A stretch of DNA of 64,000 nucleotides from the NCBI GenBank assembly GCA_964612665.1, contig CAZTCI010000002.1, forward strand, positions 83,659-147,658, read 5' to 3'. Below the pieces are notes generated by a model. That model had not been told where the DNA came from. It saw only the letters and a program-made list of their open reading frames with translations, and searched no databases. The stretch is from an uncultured Planctomycetales bacterium (GTDB lineage: Bacteria > Omnitrophota > Gorgyraeia > Zapsychrales > JAHFFX01). The translations under genes and the position numbers were made by a program. This document shows positions 1 to 9,436 of the stretch, piece by piece; the stretch's first letter is position 1, and every line of letters starts with the position of its first letter.

Positions 1-2
1 TG

Positions 3-425
3 ACTGCAGAGACACCCTATCAACAATCATATAATCAAGAATCAATTAACAAATCAGCAAGCTGTCTTTTTGATTTCTGGAAAGACATAAAGCTTCCTTA
101 TCCCACTCCGACAGCCCAAGCGGTTCAAGAGCTGGATGGTTTATGCCAACAGCTATTGAACGAGGTTAACCTTTACAGATTCATATTGGACTACCGCACA
201 GATCGCGGTTATCCACCGCCAGTAGATGGACTGATCAAAGCGTGCCGTATTTATGACCGATACAAACACCGCATTGATAACCCATGGGGTTGGTTCCGTA
301 AGATGACCGAGGTTAAAAGCAGGGAGTATTTCGCAGATCAACAGGTTAAACAGCATGAGAAGATCAAGAAGGAGCCGGCAGTTATAGGCAACATACTGGC
401 CAAGATGGTGCAAGCGGGCCAGTAA
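3..425 (+). CDS. hypothetical phage protein, 5'-partial (reading frame open to the window edge)
   Basis: Frame of ORF 156..425 stays open back to nt 3 with no stop; lies directly upstream of ParB-MTase/terminase genes; no recognisable motif. Confidence 0.35.
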   Translation, partial: TAETPYQQSYNQESINKSASCLFDFWKDIKLPYPTPTAQAVQELDGLCQQLLNEVNLYRFILDYRTDRGYPPPVDGLIKACRIYDRYKHRIDNPWGWFRKMTEVKSREYFADQQVKQHEKIKKEPAVIGNILAKMVQAGQ

Positions 426-528
426 GTAAACGGGTCCTTCGGGCGGGGGTGGCTATAGCGGGTCGGCAGGCGCGCGAGCTGTCCGTCCACAAAAAATTAT
501 TTTTTGGCATGTCACAGCACTGGAGGTT

Positions 529-1869
529 TTGATGGTTAAGAAAAAGACTACAAATAAGCAAATTAACATAGCCCCCGAAATTCAAACGGTTTTGTTGAAA
601 GATATCATCCCCGACGAAGAAAATCCTCGAAAAATAAAAAGCGAGGCATACAAAGGTCTTCAAAAGTCTATGGAGAGATTCGGGTGTGTGGTGCCGCTGG
701 TAGTCAATAAATGTGACATGACGCTTGTCTCAGGTCACCAACGCCTAAAGGTGCTGCAGGCGACAGGAATTGAATCGGTTCCTGTAATTATGGTCGATTT
801 AAATGAGATTGAACGGCGTGCGCTTTTGGTCACCATGAACAATACCGAGATCATGGGAGAGTTCACAGATGCTTTGCGGCCATTTATTGATTTAATCCGG
901 GACAATATGCCAGATGAGTTTCTGGACCTTAAGATTGATACCCTTAAAAGTAAGCTGGGCATGGATAAACCGGAAAAAATTGGCAATACGCTTGCTGATG
1001 ATGTGCCTAAACCGCCTAAGGTGCCTAAAACTAAGCGCGGAGATATTTATATATTAAGCGATCACCGATTAATGTGCGGGGACAGCTTAAACGAAAAAGA
1101 CGTTGAGCAGCTGATGGATGGTAAAAAGGCGCGACTATTTGCATCGGACCCGCCTTATTTGGTTGATTACACGGGAGCCAATCGGCCAACAGGTAAAGAT
1201 GGAAAAGGAGGCGGGAAGGATTGGTCAGATACCTATCACGAAATTGATATCAAAGATGCGGGTACATTTTGGTCGGACTATTTGAGGGTAGGACTCAAGT
1301 TCGTTAATCCAAATGCAGCAATTTACATTTGGCATGCTTTTAAAAGGTTTGATGTTCTTAAAGCATGCGTTGAATCTTTAGGAATGATTTGTCATCAGCA
1401 GATTATCTGGGTCAAACCCAGTCCAATCCCTTCATTTTGTTTTTATCAATGGCGGCATGAGCCGTGTGTTTTGGTTTGGCAAAAGGGGAATAAACCGAAA
1501 TTCACAGCAGCTGCAAACAAAACAAATAGCGTTTGGAATCCTGGCTTAATGAAATCCGGGGATCCTACCAAGCCGGAATATTACACCGATGTCTGGGAGT
1601 TGGATTGGGAAGGAAAGAAGCGGCTTGGAAAACATATCCATCCCACTCAAAAGCCCACAGAGGTTTTTGCGATACCTATGCGTGTTCATACAAACGAAGG
1701 GGATATTTGTTATGAACCATTTAATGGTTCAGGATCACAGATTATTGCAGCGGAGCGTTTACATCGGCGTTGCTTTGCGATGGAAATTGAACCAGTCTTT
1801 TGTGATGTGACAGTTCAGCGATGGGAAGATTTTACCGGCAAAAAAGCAAAATTAATCAAAAAGTCATAG
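529..1869 (+). CDS. ParB-like nuclease domain fused to DNA N6-adenine/N4-cytosine methyltransferase
   Basis: N-terminal ParB/Srx-like region (SGHQRLKV...); C-terminal MTase with DPPY motif (LFASDPPY) and SAM-binding region; typical phage ParB-methylase fusion next to terminase. Confidence 0.75.
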   Translation: MMVKKKTTNKQINIAPEIQTVLLKDIIPDEENPRKIKSEAYKGLQKSMERFGCVVPLVVNKCDMTLVSGHQRLKVLQATGIESVPVIMVDLNEIERRALLVTMNNTEIMGEFTDALRPFIDLIRDNMPDEFLDLKIDTLKSKLGMDKPEKIGNTLADDVPKPPKVPKTKRGDIYILSDHRLMCGDSLNEKDVEQLMDGKKARLFASDPPYLVDYTGANRPTGKDGKGGGKDWSDTYHEIDIKDAGTFWSDYLRVGLKFVNPNAAIYIWHAFKRFDVLKACVESLGMICHQQIIWVKPSPIPSFCFYQWRHEPCVLVWQKGNKPKFTAAANKTNSVWNPGLMKSGDPTKPEYYTDVWELDWEGKKRLGKHIHPTQKPTEVFAIPMRVHTNEGDICYEPFNGSGSQIIAAERLHRRCFAMEIEPVFCDVTVQRWEDFTGKKAKLIKKS

Positions 1870-1876
1870 AGATCAA

Positions 1877-2467
1877 GTGGTTAAAAAGAAACTCAACAAT
1901 ACGGATGTGGTAAAAATTGCTGAACAAAAGCGGCATTTATTTCTTTTGGAGAAAGTCCAACAAGGAAAACCGCTTAGTGAACGTGAGATTGTCGAGATTA
2001 GACATTTTGAGGCCGTGCATGAGCCGCATGAGGGATGTGTGAATAGCATTGAGAATCTTGCCAAAATTTTTAAAGTGGATCGACGTACCGCATATCGATG
2101 GAATGAAGAAGGCATGCCGTGGCAAAAAGACGGCTGGTGGAATATTGTAGAGGTTCAAAAATGGCGTGAAAGTCGCAATAAGAAAAAAGAGCAAGAACCA
2201 GAGGGTCAATTTGAAGCCAAGATTGCGGAGGTAAGGTATAACCTTTTAAAATTAAATTATGAAGAACGTATCGGGGATGTGATCTCACTGGCAAAAGTAA
2301 AAGAGGATATCGGCAGCGAAATTCTTATCATTAAGCAGCAATTTCTTTCTCTACCGCGTCAAATTGCTCCGCAGTTGTTCGGATTAGAAATCATCGAAAT
2401 AGAAGAACTTTTAGAAAAGAAACTCAAAGAAATTATATCAGGATTTGCCAAAGGGAAATATCGGTGA
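1877..2467 (+). CDS. terminase small subunit (putative, HTH DNA-binding)
   Basis: 196 aa, HTH-like segment (RRTAYRWNEEGMP), charged coiled-coil C-terminus, immediately upstream of and overlapping TerL start. Confidence 0.5.
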   Translation: MVKKKLNNTDVVKIAEQKRHLFLLEKVQQGKPLSEREIVEIRHFEAVHEPHEGCVNSIENLAKIFKVDRRTAYRWNEEGMPWQKDGWWNIVEVQKWRESRNKKKEQEPEGQFEAKIAEVRYNLLKLNYEERIGDVISLAKVKEDIGSEILIIKQQFLSLPRQIAPQLFGLEIIEIEELLEKKLKEIISGFAKGKYR

Positions 2468-4326
2468 GGCAAGTTGAAGAAAGCTTTTTTTGTGAATTAT
2501 TTAACCTATGGGATTTGCCGGCTGATCTTACCGTTTCACAATGGGCGGATCAGAATAGGGTTTTGGACCCGCGCTCGTCATCCGAACCCGGGCAGTGGTC
2601 GACCGCGCGTACGCCGTATCTTAAGGGCATCATGGATGGTTTTAATGATGCAAAGGTCAGGTCAATTACGATCATGGCGTCCACCCAGGTCGGCAAGACC
2701 GAAGCAATGCTTAATATTTTTGGTTACATTGTTGATCAGGATCCCGGTCCTGCGCTGTGGGTCAATACAACCGAGGAGTTAGCAAAAAGTTTTTGTAAAC
2801 ACCGGATTCATCCTCTGGTCACAATGTCACGGACCTTAGTTCAACATTTGACTGGCAAAGAGGATGATCTAGCGAAACTCGAAATCAGTTTTGACCGAAT
2901 GCCTTTGTTTATTGCCTGGTCGAATTCGCCGGCGGTACTTTCATCAAGACCGATTAAATATATATTCTTTGATGAGGTTGATAAGTATCCAAAATTCTCC
3001 GGTAAGGAAGCAGACCCTATAAAGCTGGGAGAAGAACGTACAAGCACATTTTGGAATCACAAAATAATCAAATGTTCAACGCCAACGACCAAAGAAGGAT
3101 ACATCTACAATGATTATCTTAAGACAGACAGATGCCAGTATTACGTTCCATGTCCGCATTGCGGGCACTACCAGGTTTTAAATTTTCATCAGGTGAAGTG
3201 GCCGAAAGACGAATTTACAACCCAGGAGTTAAAGGATAGGCGGCTGGCAACATATGAGTGTCTTAAATGCAAAGGAAAAATTAAGGACATTCATAAAAAC
3301 AGGATGTTACAGCGGGGCGTGTGGTGTCCAGAATCTTGCGAAGTCAAAGATGGCAAGATTGTTGGAGAGGTACCGGTAACAACGCGCCGCGGCTTCTGGA
3401 TCAATGCGCTTTATTCGCCATGGTTGACATTTTCTGATTTGGCAGCGGAGTTTTTGGAGTCAAAGGATCAAATTAATGATTTGATGAATTTTATCAATTC
3501 AAAGCTGGCCGAAATTTGGGAGGAGAGTTTAGGGACTAAGAAGCCGGATCAGCTTAAAAGATTGGCCAGTCATTGTGATGCCGGTGTTGTTCCTTCTGAA
3601 GCGCAGATTTTACTTGGAGCGGTAGACGTTCAGCGGGATCACTTTTATTTAACGATCAGGGCCTGGGGTTTTCGTCAAAAATCCTGGCAGATTTTATCAA
3701 AGCGGGTAGAAAGTTGGGAAGATGTTGAACATTATATGATCGACACAGAATATCCAAGCGAGATTGAAAGTATCGGGAATTTTAGTGTCAGACTTTTTAC
3801 GATTGATACGGGACACCGCGCAAGTGAGGTTTATGATTTTTGCCGTAGACATGGTGATATAGCCCGCGCTATTAAAGGGCGACGGGTCATTAGCGGGATT
3901 CCGTATAGTGTGAGCAATATTGATAAATATCCGGATGGCAGACCAATGCCAGGGGGTCTTAAGCTATATCTTCTGGATACGACATTTTTTAAAGATAAGA
4001 TTACGCGTTTGGTTGAGAATACGGCAGCCGAAACGCCTGGTGGATGGTATTTCCATAAAAACCCTACGGAAGACTATCTCAATCAGTTTTGCTCTGAACA
4101 CAAAATCATCATCAGAGATAAAAAAGGCCGGCCAACTGAGGCTTGGGTGCCGGTTGGGAGGCATACAGCAACTCATTATTGGGATTGTGAAGTATATGCC
4201 ATGGCGGCAGCTGAAATGCTGCACGTTTTTTCTATGCAGCCGGATGAAAGCCGTCATGTTTATCAGCCGGAAAGCGGCAAAAGCAACTGGATCCCTAAAA
4301 AGACTGGCTGGATAAAGCATGGGTAA
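2464..4326 (+). CDS. terminase large subunit, GpA family (lambda-like)
   Basis: 620 aa; Walker-A-like MASTQVGKTE near N-terminus, C-terminal nuclease region; position between TerS and head genes. Confidence 0.85.
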   Translation: MRQVEESFFCELFNLWDLPADLTVSQWADQNRVLDPRSSSEPGQWSTARTPYLKGIMDGFNDAKVRSITIMASTQVGKTEAMLNIFGYIVDQDPGPALWVNTTEELAKSFCKHRIHPLVTMSRTLVQHLTGKEDDLAKLEISFDRMPLFIAWSNSPAVLSSRPIKYIFFDEVDKYPKFSGKEADPIKLGEERTSTFWNHKIIKCSTPTTKEGYIYNDYLKTDRCQYYVPCPHCGHYQVLNFHQVKWPKDEFTTQELKDRRLATYECLKCKGKIKDIHKNRMLQRGVWCPESCEVKDGKIVGEVPVTTRRGFWINALYSPWLTFSDLAAEFLESKDQINDLMNFINSKLAEIWEESLGTKKPDQLKRLASHCDAGVVPSEAQILLGAVDVQRDHFYLTIRAWGFRQKSWQILSKRVESWEDVEHYMIDTEYPSEIESIGNFSVRLFTIDTGHRASEVYDFCRRHGDIARAIKGRRVISGIPYSVSNIDKYPDGRPMPGGLKLYLLDTTFFKDKITRLVENTAAETPGGWYFHKNPTEDYLNQFCSEHKIIIRDKKGRPTEAWVPVGRHTATHYWDCEVYAMAAAEMLHVFSMQPDESRHVYQPESGKSNWIPKKTGWIKHG

Positions 4327-4552
4327 TTGGATCCCAAAAAAGAAGGGTTGGATCGGAACTCCGGTATCTTCACCGGAAATAGAAGCCCAGCCACAGCCTC
4401 AAGAATATGGTGTTGTTTTTTATCCTGTGCGGTGTCCGAAAAGTAGTTGTAGAAGCAAAAATAACCGGTGTTACAAAAGCACACCACCGATTCGATACCA
4501 TATTTGCAATGATTGTGGGTACAGGTTTAAAAGCAGAGAGGCAGAGGATTAA
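4319..4552 (+). CDS. small zinc-ribbon protein (CPxxC...CxxC)
   Basis: 77 aa with two Cys pairs (CPKSSC, CNDC); 8-nt overlap with TerL stop; N-terminus NWIPKKKGWI duplicates TerL C-terminus NWIPKKTGWI. Confidence 0.45.
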   Translation: MGNWIPKKKGWIGTPVSSPEIEAQPQPQEYGVVFYPVRCPKSSCRSKNNRCYKSTPPIRYHICNDCGYRFKSREAED

Positions 4553-4670
4553 AACAAGTCGTTACCAATTTGTGGTAACGACCCCATTGACGGCAGAGAA
4601 TAAGTTCATAGAATAAAAATTGTTTAAAGATTTACGTTGATAGAAGGGTGGCCACCCCGATATCGACGAA

Positions 4671-4720
4671 AAAAGCGGCAATTTGGGTGCCCAAATCACT
4701 CGAATTGCCGCTTTTTTATT
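4671..4720. terminator. rho-independent terminator-like hairpin (A-tract, 9-bp stem, T-tract)
   Basis: aaaaaGCGGCAATT...AATTGCCGCttttttatt; inner palindrome atttgggtgcccaaat in the loop. Confidence 0.55.
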
Positions 4721-4733
4721 TAATGGAGGAGAA

Positions 4734-5213
4734 ATGAAAAACAAAATTATAGGTTTAATGATTTTTATTTTTATTTCGATGACTTGCCGCGCTATGGCTG
4801 ATTGTGTCGGAACTATTCAATCGATTACACAAGATCCGGATCAAGGAGACATAGTATTTACGACTGAATATGCCTTCAACGGAAAAGTCGTAGATGCATC
4901 GGAAATTCACTATGACGAAACAAGTGGTAACGAAACGGACATAGCAGAAAAAGCTCATGCAGATATAAGAAATCATTGCAATGTCTTGATTCTTCAAATT
5001 CCAGAAAATCAGGCATTCATTGAACAGGCTAAACTCGACCGTAAGAAAGAATTGACAAACCCTTTGGTGTCAAAACTTCAGGTTCTGGTTGGTGATCAAT
5101 ATACCGTGACTCAAGGAACAGTTGTTTTTCAGGGCAAGTCAATCAATGTTAAAGACGATAAGGAAAACTCGGTATCGGATGCCGTCATTGTCGAGGACAT
5201 TAATTCGCCATGA
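4734..5213 (+). CDS. secreted hypothetical protein (Sec signal peptide)
   Basis: Start at MKNKIIGLMIFIFISMTCRAMA with AXA cleavage site; RBS ggagga upstream; stop overlaps next gene start (ATGA). Confidence 0.5.
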   Translation: MKNKIIGLMIFIFISMTCRAMADCVGTIQSITQDPDQGDIVFTTEYAFNGKVVDASEIHYDETSGNETDIAEKAHADIRNHCNVLILQIPENQAFIEQAKLDRKKELTNPLVSKLQVLVGDQYTVTQGTVVFQGKSINVKDDKENSVSDAVIVEDINSP

Positions 5214-6004
5214 AGAAATTTATTTTAGGATTGATGTTTTCTTTTTTCTGTTCGTTAGGGTGGGCGACTAACTATTGCACAGATTCAAACACAAAAGCTG
5301 CCTATAAGCTTGATGAGACTAGTGGGACCGTTACGGACTGCAGCTCTAACGCCAATAATAGCTCCTCTGTCACTAACGTCACACAGAATACAACGGGAAA
5401 ATGGGGAGTAGGAGTTTCATTTACAAATTCAAATCCGCAAAAGATTTTAATTCCTTCAAGTACATCACTCAACAACATAAATCCGATTACCGTTTGTGCT
5501 TGGATAAAAAGAAGCGGCGCTGGTGGGGCAACAGGAAACCTGGCGGATGACGGCACCCTTCTTAGTAAAAACTGGAGAAGCTGGGCTTTATCTTTAAACA
5601 CGACTTTGCAGGTTAGATGGTCGGTTCATTATTCTGGCGGAACTGCAGCCTGGACAACCACAAATGGGAGCATTGTGACCGGAACGTATACGCACGTCTG
5701 CGTTGTCCACAATAGGACCAATGGCTCGGCACCTAGTATTTATGTCAATGGAACGTTACAAAGCACAAATTCAAACTCAACAGATGCAACCATTGATGAT
5801 GATTCTGGTCAAGCGATATGCATGGGAGAGGCTTGCGATTTAAACAGTGACCGGTTAAATGCTTTTGTGGATGAAGTATTAATTTATGGCGGGGCTTTAA
5901 ATTCTACACAAGTAACCAATATAAAAAATTGCGGAATTGATGGTTCTCATTGTGCCAATGGTTTCCCAACTCCAGATTTGTGGAGGCATCCAAGATATGA
6001 ATAA
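5210..6004 (+). CDS. secreted LamG/concanavalin-A-like lectin domain protein
   Basis: Signal peptide MKKFILGLMFSFFCSLGWA; C-terminal motif FVDEVLIYGGALNSTQV typical of Laminin_G_3 domains. Confidence 0.55.
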   Translation: MKKFILGLMFSFFCSLGWATNYCTDSNTKAAYKLDETSGTVTDCSSNANNSSSVTNVTQNTTGKWGVGVSFTNSNPQKILIPSSTSLNNINPITVCAWIKRSGAGGATGNLADDGTLLSKNWRSWALSLNTTLQVRWSVHYSGGTAAWTTTNGSIVTGTYTHVCVVHNRTNGSAPSIYVNGTLQSTNSNSTDATIDDDSGQAICMGEACDLNSDRLNAFVDEVLIYGGALNSTQVTNIKNCGIDGSHCANGFPTPDLWRHPRYE

Positions 6005-8888
6005 AAAATTTCTGTCATTAATTATTTCTTTGGTGATTCTTTTGCTCCCAGCGCAATCTTGGGCGATGTGGTTGACGATCAAGAAGGGGACGACATCAAA
6101 GATTATCACGATTCCCATATATGACAGTTCTTCAACGACTGGCGGCATGTTAACCGGCTTAGTTTACAATTCGAGTAGTTTGACAGCTTATTACAATCGC
6201 GAAGGAGCTTCTGGTGCCGCAACTTCAATAAGTCTAGTTAATGCCACAAAGGGGACATGGACTTCTGGAGGATTTATCGCGGTTGATGGTACCAATATGC
6301 CAGGCTGGTATGAGTTGCACATACCTGATGCGGCTCTTGCGACAGGTGCAAATTCAGCCGTTGTTGAATTAAAGGGCGCTGCAAACATGGTTCCTGTAAA
6401 TATTATGATCCAACTGGTTGATTTTAATCCTGGTGAAGTCTCAACAGGGACTGGATCTAATCAGTTGGATGTTACCAGTGGACGTATTAAGGCAGATGTT
6501 GCATATTGGAACGCTTCTGCCGTAGCCACACCCGATACCGCCGGATATCCCAAGGTCACCCTTAAAGCTGGTAGTGGAACGGGTGAATTAAATCTATCCA
6601 GTGGGAACGTCACTGTAGGTACCAATAATGATAAATCCGGCTATTCATTATCGGGCACTTTAACCACTTTAGATTCCACCTTTGAGAGAGTTAACACAGC
6701 ACAAGCGGGAGCAGCTGGTTCAATTACTTTAGACGCCGGCGCTTCAGCAACCGATAGTCTTTATAACGGTAATTGGGTATGCATCATGAGCAGCACCGGT
6801 GCTGGGCAATGCCGTTTGATCACTGGTTACACAGGATCGACTAAGGTTGCAACGGTCACACCAAACTGGACGACCAATCCATCTTCAAGTTCAGTTTTTG
6901 CCATTGTTCCAGCAGCTTATGAAGCTGGAAATAATGGGAATGTGGCAGGATCAGTTAATAGCGTTACCTCTGGAGTGACTGTTTCGATCAATAACGATAA
7001 GACCGGCTACAGTCTTACTCAATCTTTCCCCACGAATTTTTCCAGTTTAGGTATCGATGGCAGCGGCAGAGTTGATTTGGGCAAATGGATAGGAAATGCA
7101 CCGAATGCGCTTATTTCCGGCCGTGTCGATTCAAATGCCCAGGTAGTTGGAGATAAAACTGGATACAGTTTGACGCAATCGTTTCCTACCAATTTTTCAT
7201 CCCTTTCAATTGATTCAAGCGGAAGAACCACACTGACACCAATAGAGTCATCCGTCTTGGCTAGTGGGACGGCGCAAGCTGGTGCTTCGGGAAGCATAAC
7301 TTTAGCTGCCGGAGCATCTGCTACGGATGATCTTTATAAGGGTTTGGTCGTAAAAATTTATGGAGGCACAGGAGCAGGCCAATCCAGAACGATTTCGGGA
7401 TATATCGGTTCGACCAAGGTCGCAACAGTATCTTGGAATTGGACAGCCACACCAGATAACACTTCGACATACTCGCTTATGTCTGAATCCAATCCATCAA
7501 TCAATAGCAGCTTACAGGTTTCAACAACGGCGAGTGATCCGTGGGGAACAGCTTTGCCAGGGGCATATGGAGCCGGAACAGCGGGGAATATTTTAGGAAA
7601 CAATTTGAATGCTACCGTTTCATCGAGATTAGCCACAAGCGGCGTGCCTACAAACTTCAGTGCATTATCAATTGATGGATCCGGCCGCGTGGATTTAGCT
7701 AAGTGGATTGGTTCTGCCCCGAATGCGTTGATTTCAGGACGGGTTGATTCTAACGCTCAGGTGGTAGGTGATAAAACGGGATATACCGCAGCAACGGTTC
7801 AGGATAAGACTGGCTATTCATTATCTGGAACACTCACCACTTTAGATTCCACCTTTGAGAGGGTTAACACGGCCCAGGCCGGTGCAGTCGGTTCGATTAC
7901 TTTAGACGCGGAGGCTTCAACGACCGATAACCTTTATAACGGAAACTGGGTCTGCATTATGAGCAGCACTGGTGCCGGGCAATGCCGTTTGATCACCGGC
8001 TATACAGGATCGACTAAGGTTGCAACGGTCACGCCAAACTGGACAACCAACCCATCTTCAAGTTCAGTTTTTGCCATTGTTCCAGCAGCTTATATTTCTG
8101 CAGTCAATGGATCCGTCACGGTGGGAACGAACAATGACAAGACCGGCTACAGTTTAACCCAAGCATTTCCGACCAATTTTAGTTCCATGGTAATTGACAG
8201 TAATGGTCGCATCGATTTGAGCAAGTGGCTTGGAAGTGCACCTAACGCGCTTATCTCTGGCCGCGTGGATGCCAATGCACAAGTGGTTGGAGACAAAACA
8301 GGATATACCGCATCAACCGTCAGCGATAAAACCGGTTATAGCTTGACGCAGGCGTTTCCAACTAATTTCAGTTCATTATCAATAGATGCGTCAGGTCGTA
8401 CTGATATCGGTAAATGGTTGGGAACAGCAGTTACAGCAACGACAACAGCCGGAAAACCGGACGTTGTTATTGTGACCAATAATGACAAGACAGGATACAC
8501 CGTTTCAACTGTTGGAGATAAGTCTGGGTATTCTTTAAGTTCTGCCGGTGTCGCTGCTATCTGGAATGAATTGCAAAGCGGCCACACCACATCTGGGACT
8601 TTCGGTAAATATCTTGATGCGCAGATTTCAACGATTACGGCACCTTCCGCGGCGACTATTGCACAATCGGTTTGGGATGAACCTATTTCTGGTCATTTAG
8701 CTTCCGGCTCAACTGGTCAGAAACTTAATACCGCAGGTAATGCTGGGGATCCCTGGGCTATTGATATTTCCAGCGGATACAGCGGTAAAGCTGGAGAAAC
8801 TATCCGCCGTATTGATCAAGATACGAATGGAAACAAAGATGGCAGCGATTATAACGGCATTGAAAAACTAATCAGGGCGCAGAGGTAA
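5998..8888 (+). CDS. large secreted Thr/Ser/Gly/Asn-rich beta-repeat protein (fibre/adhesin-like)
   Basis: Start MNKKFLSLIISLVILLLPAQSWA (signal peptide) overlapping upstream stop; repeated modules NNDKTGYSLTQ(S/A)FPTNFSS..ID.SGR..L.KW.G.APNALISGRVD.NAQVVGDKTGY; C-terminal VW(N/D)E..SGH..G(S/T).G motifs reminiscent of phage fibre proteins. Confidence 0.6.
6639..6920 (+). repeat. 282-bp direct repeat copy 1 inside the large repeat-protein gene
   Basis: Near-identical to 7812..8093 at DNA level (differences scattered, mostly synonymous); encodes GYSLSGTLTTLDSTFERVNTAQAGA..GSITLDA.AS.TD.LYNGNWVCIMSSTGAGQCRLITGYTGSTKVATVTPNWTTNPSSSSVFAIVPAAY. Confidence 0.8.
7812..8093 (+). repeat. 282-bp direct repeat copy 2 inside the large repeat-protein gene
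   Basis: See copy 1; the same 94-aa segment is duplicated 1173 bp downstream. Confidence 0.8.
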
Positions 8889-8890
8889 GT

Positions 8891-9436
8891 ATGGATTACA
8901 TTCCAGTTAATACCGAATTCGTTGATGTCGTAGCCATCCCTGAGTCCACAAGTAGCGATACTGTCAGTTTTAAGGTCTATAAAGCTAGTGACGGATCCAT
9001 ATTTGCTCAGGGCAATGCCGTATTTGTGGGAGGAGTAAATTGGAAAGTAACCTTTACTCCTACGACTTTGAATGAAGTTTACAGCATTGATGTCAAAGAT
9101 GAAACTTTGGATGTCATTCATTCCAATAGTTTCAAGGCAGTAACGCTCACATCATTATCGCAGCCGGTTAATGATGACAACACTGATGAACCTACAGCTG
9201 CAGACTTACTGACCGAAGTCAATAAGGCGATTAAGAAAAGAATTGCCGGTGATGCCGTGCAGTCATATTCAATCGGCGGACGTAATCTTCAATATATGTC
9301 CATTGATCAGCTTTACAACATTCGAGAGAAATTGCGCATGGAAGTCAATGCTTCAAAAGGGCCTGCCCGTAATGTAGGCGGATTTAGAAAAAATCAAACC
9401 GGAGTTAGAAACTGGCAGGATTTATATGAGTGTTAA
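8891..9436 (+). CDS. head-tail joining protein with gpW-like C-terminal domain and an N-terminal beta-rich extension
   Basis: C-terminal ~70 aa (AADLLTEVNKAIKKRIAGDAVQSYSIGGRNLQYMSIDQLYNIREKLRMEV) resembles lambda gpW; located between TerL region and portal as W is in lambda. Confidence 0.4.
   Translation: MDYIPVNTEFVDVVAIPESTSSDTVSFKVYKASDGSIFAQGNAVFVGGVNWKVTFTPTTLNEVYSIDVKDETLDVIHSNSFKAVTLTSLSQPVNDDNTDEPTAADLLTEVNKAIKKRIAGDAVQSYSIGGRNLQYMSIDQLYNIREKLRMEVNASKGPARNVGGFRKNQTGVRNWQDLYEC

Noticed and set aside
426-528. GC-rich stretch (gggtccttcgggcgggggtggc...ggcaggcgcgcgagctgtcc) as a terminator or structured RNA upstream of the ParB-MTase gene
   Set aside because: I could not pair a convincing stem of >5 bp followed by a T-tract. 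It may simply be a GC-rich spacer or the end of the upstream gene's 3'UTR.
153-663. Minus-strand ORFs (153..413, 382..663) and the many antisense ORFs embedded in long + strand genes, for example 11943..12410, 36703..37323, 32977..33348
   Set aside because: They lie wholly inside well-supported coding regions on the opposite strand, lack RBS or motifs, and show the amino-acid bias expected of antisense frames.
6639-8093. Diversity-generating retroelement (template/variable repeat pair) in the repeat protein next to a LamG/lectin-type domain
   Set aside because: The differences between the two 282-bp copies are not adenine-specific and are spread over all base types, mostly synonymous. There is no reverse transcriptase gene anywhere in the window. 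The LamG domain is in a separate upstream protein, not at the C-terminus of the repeat protein.
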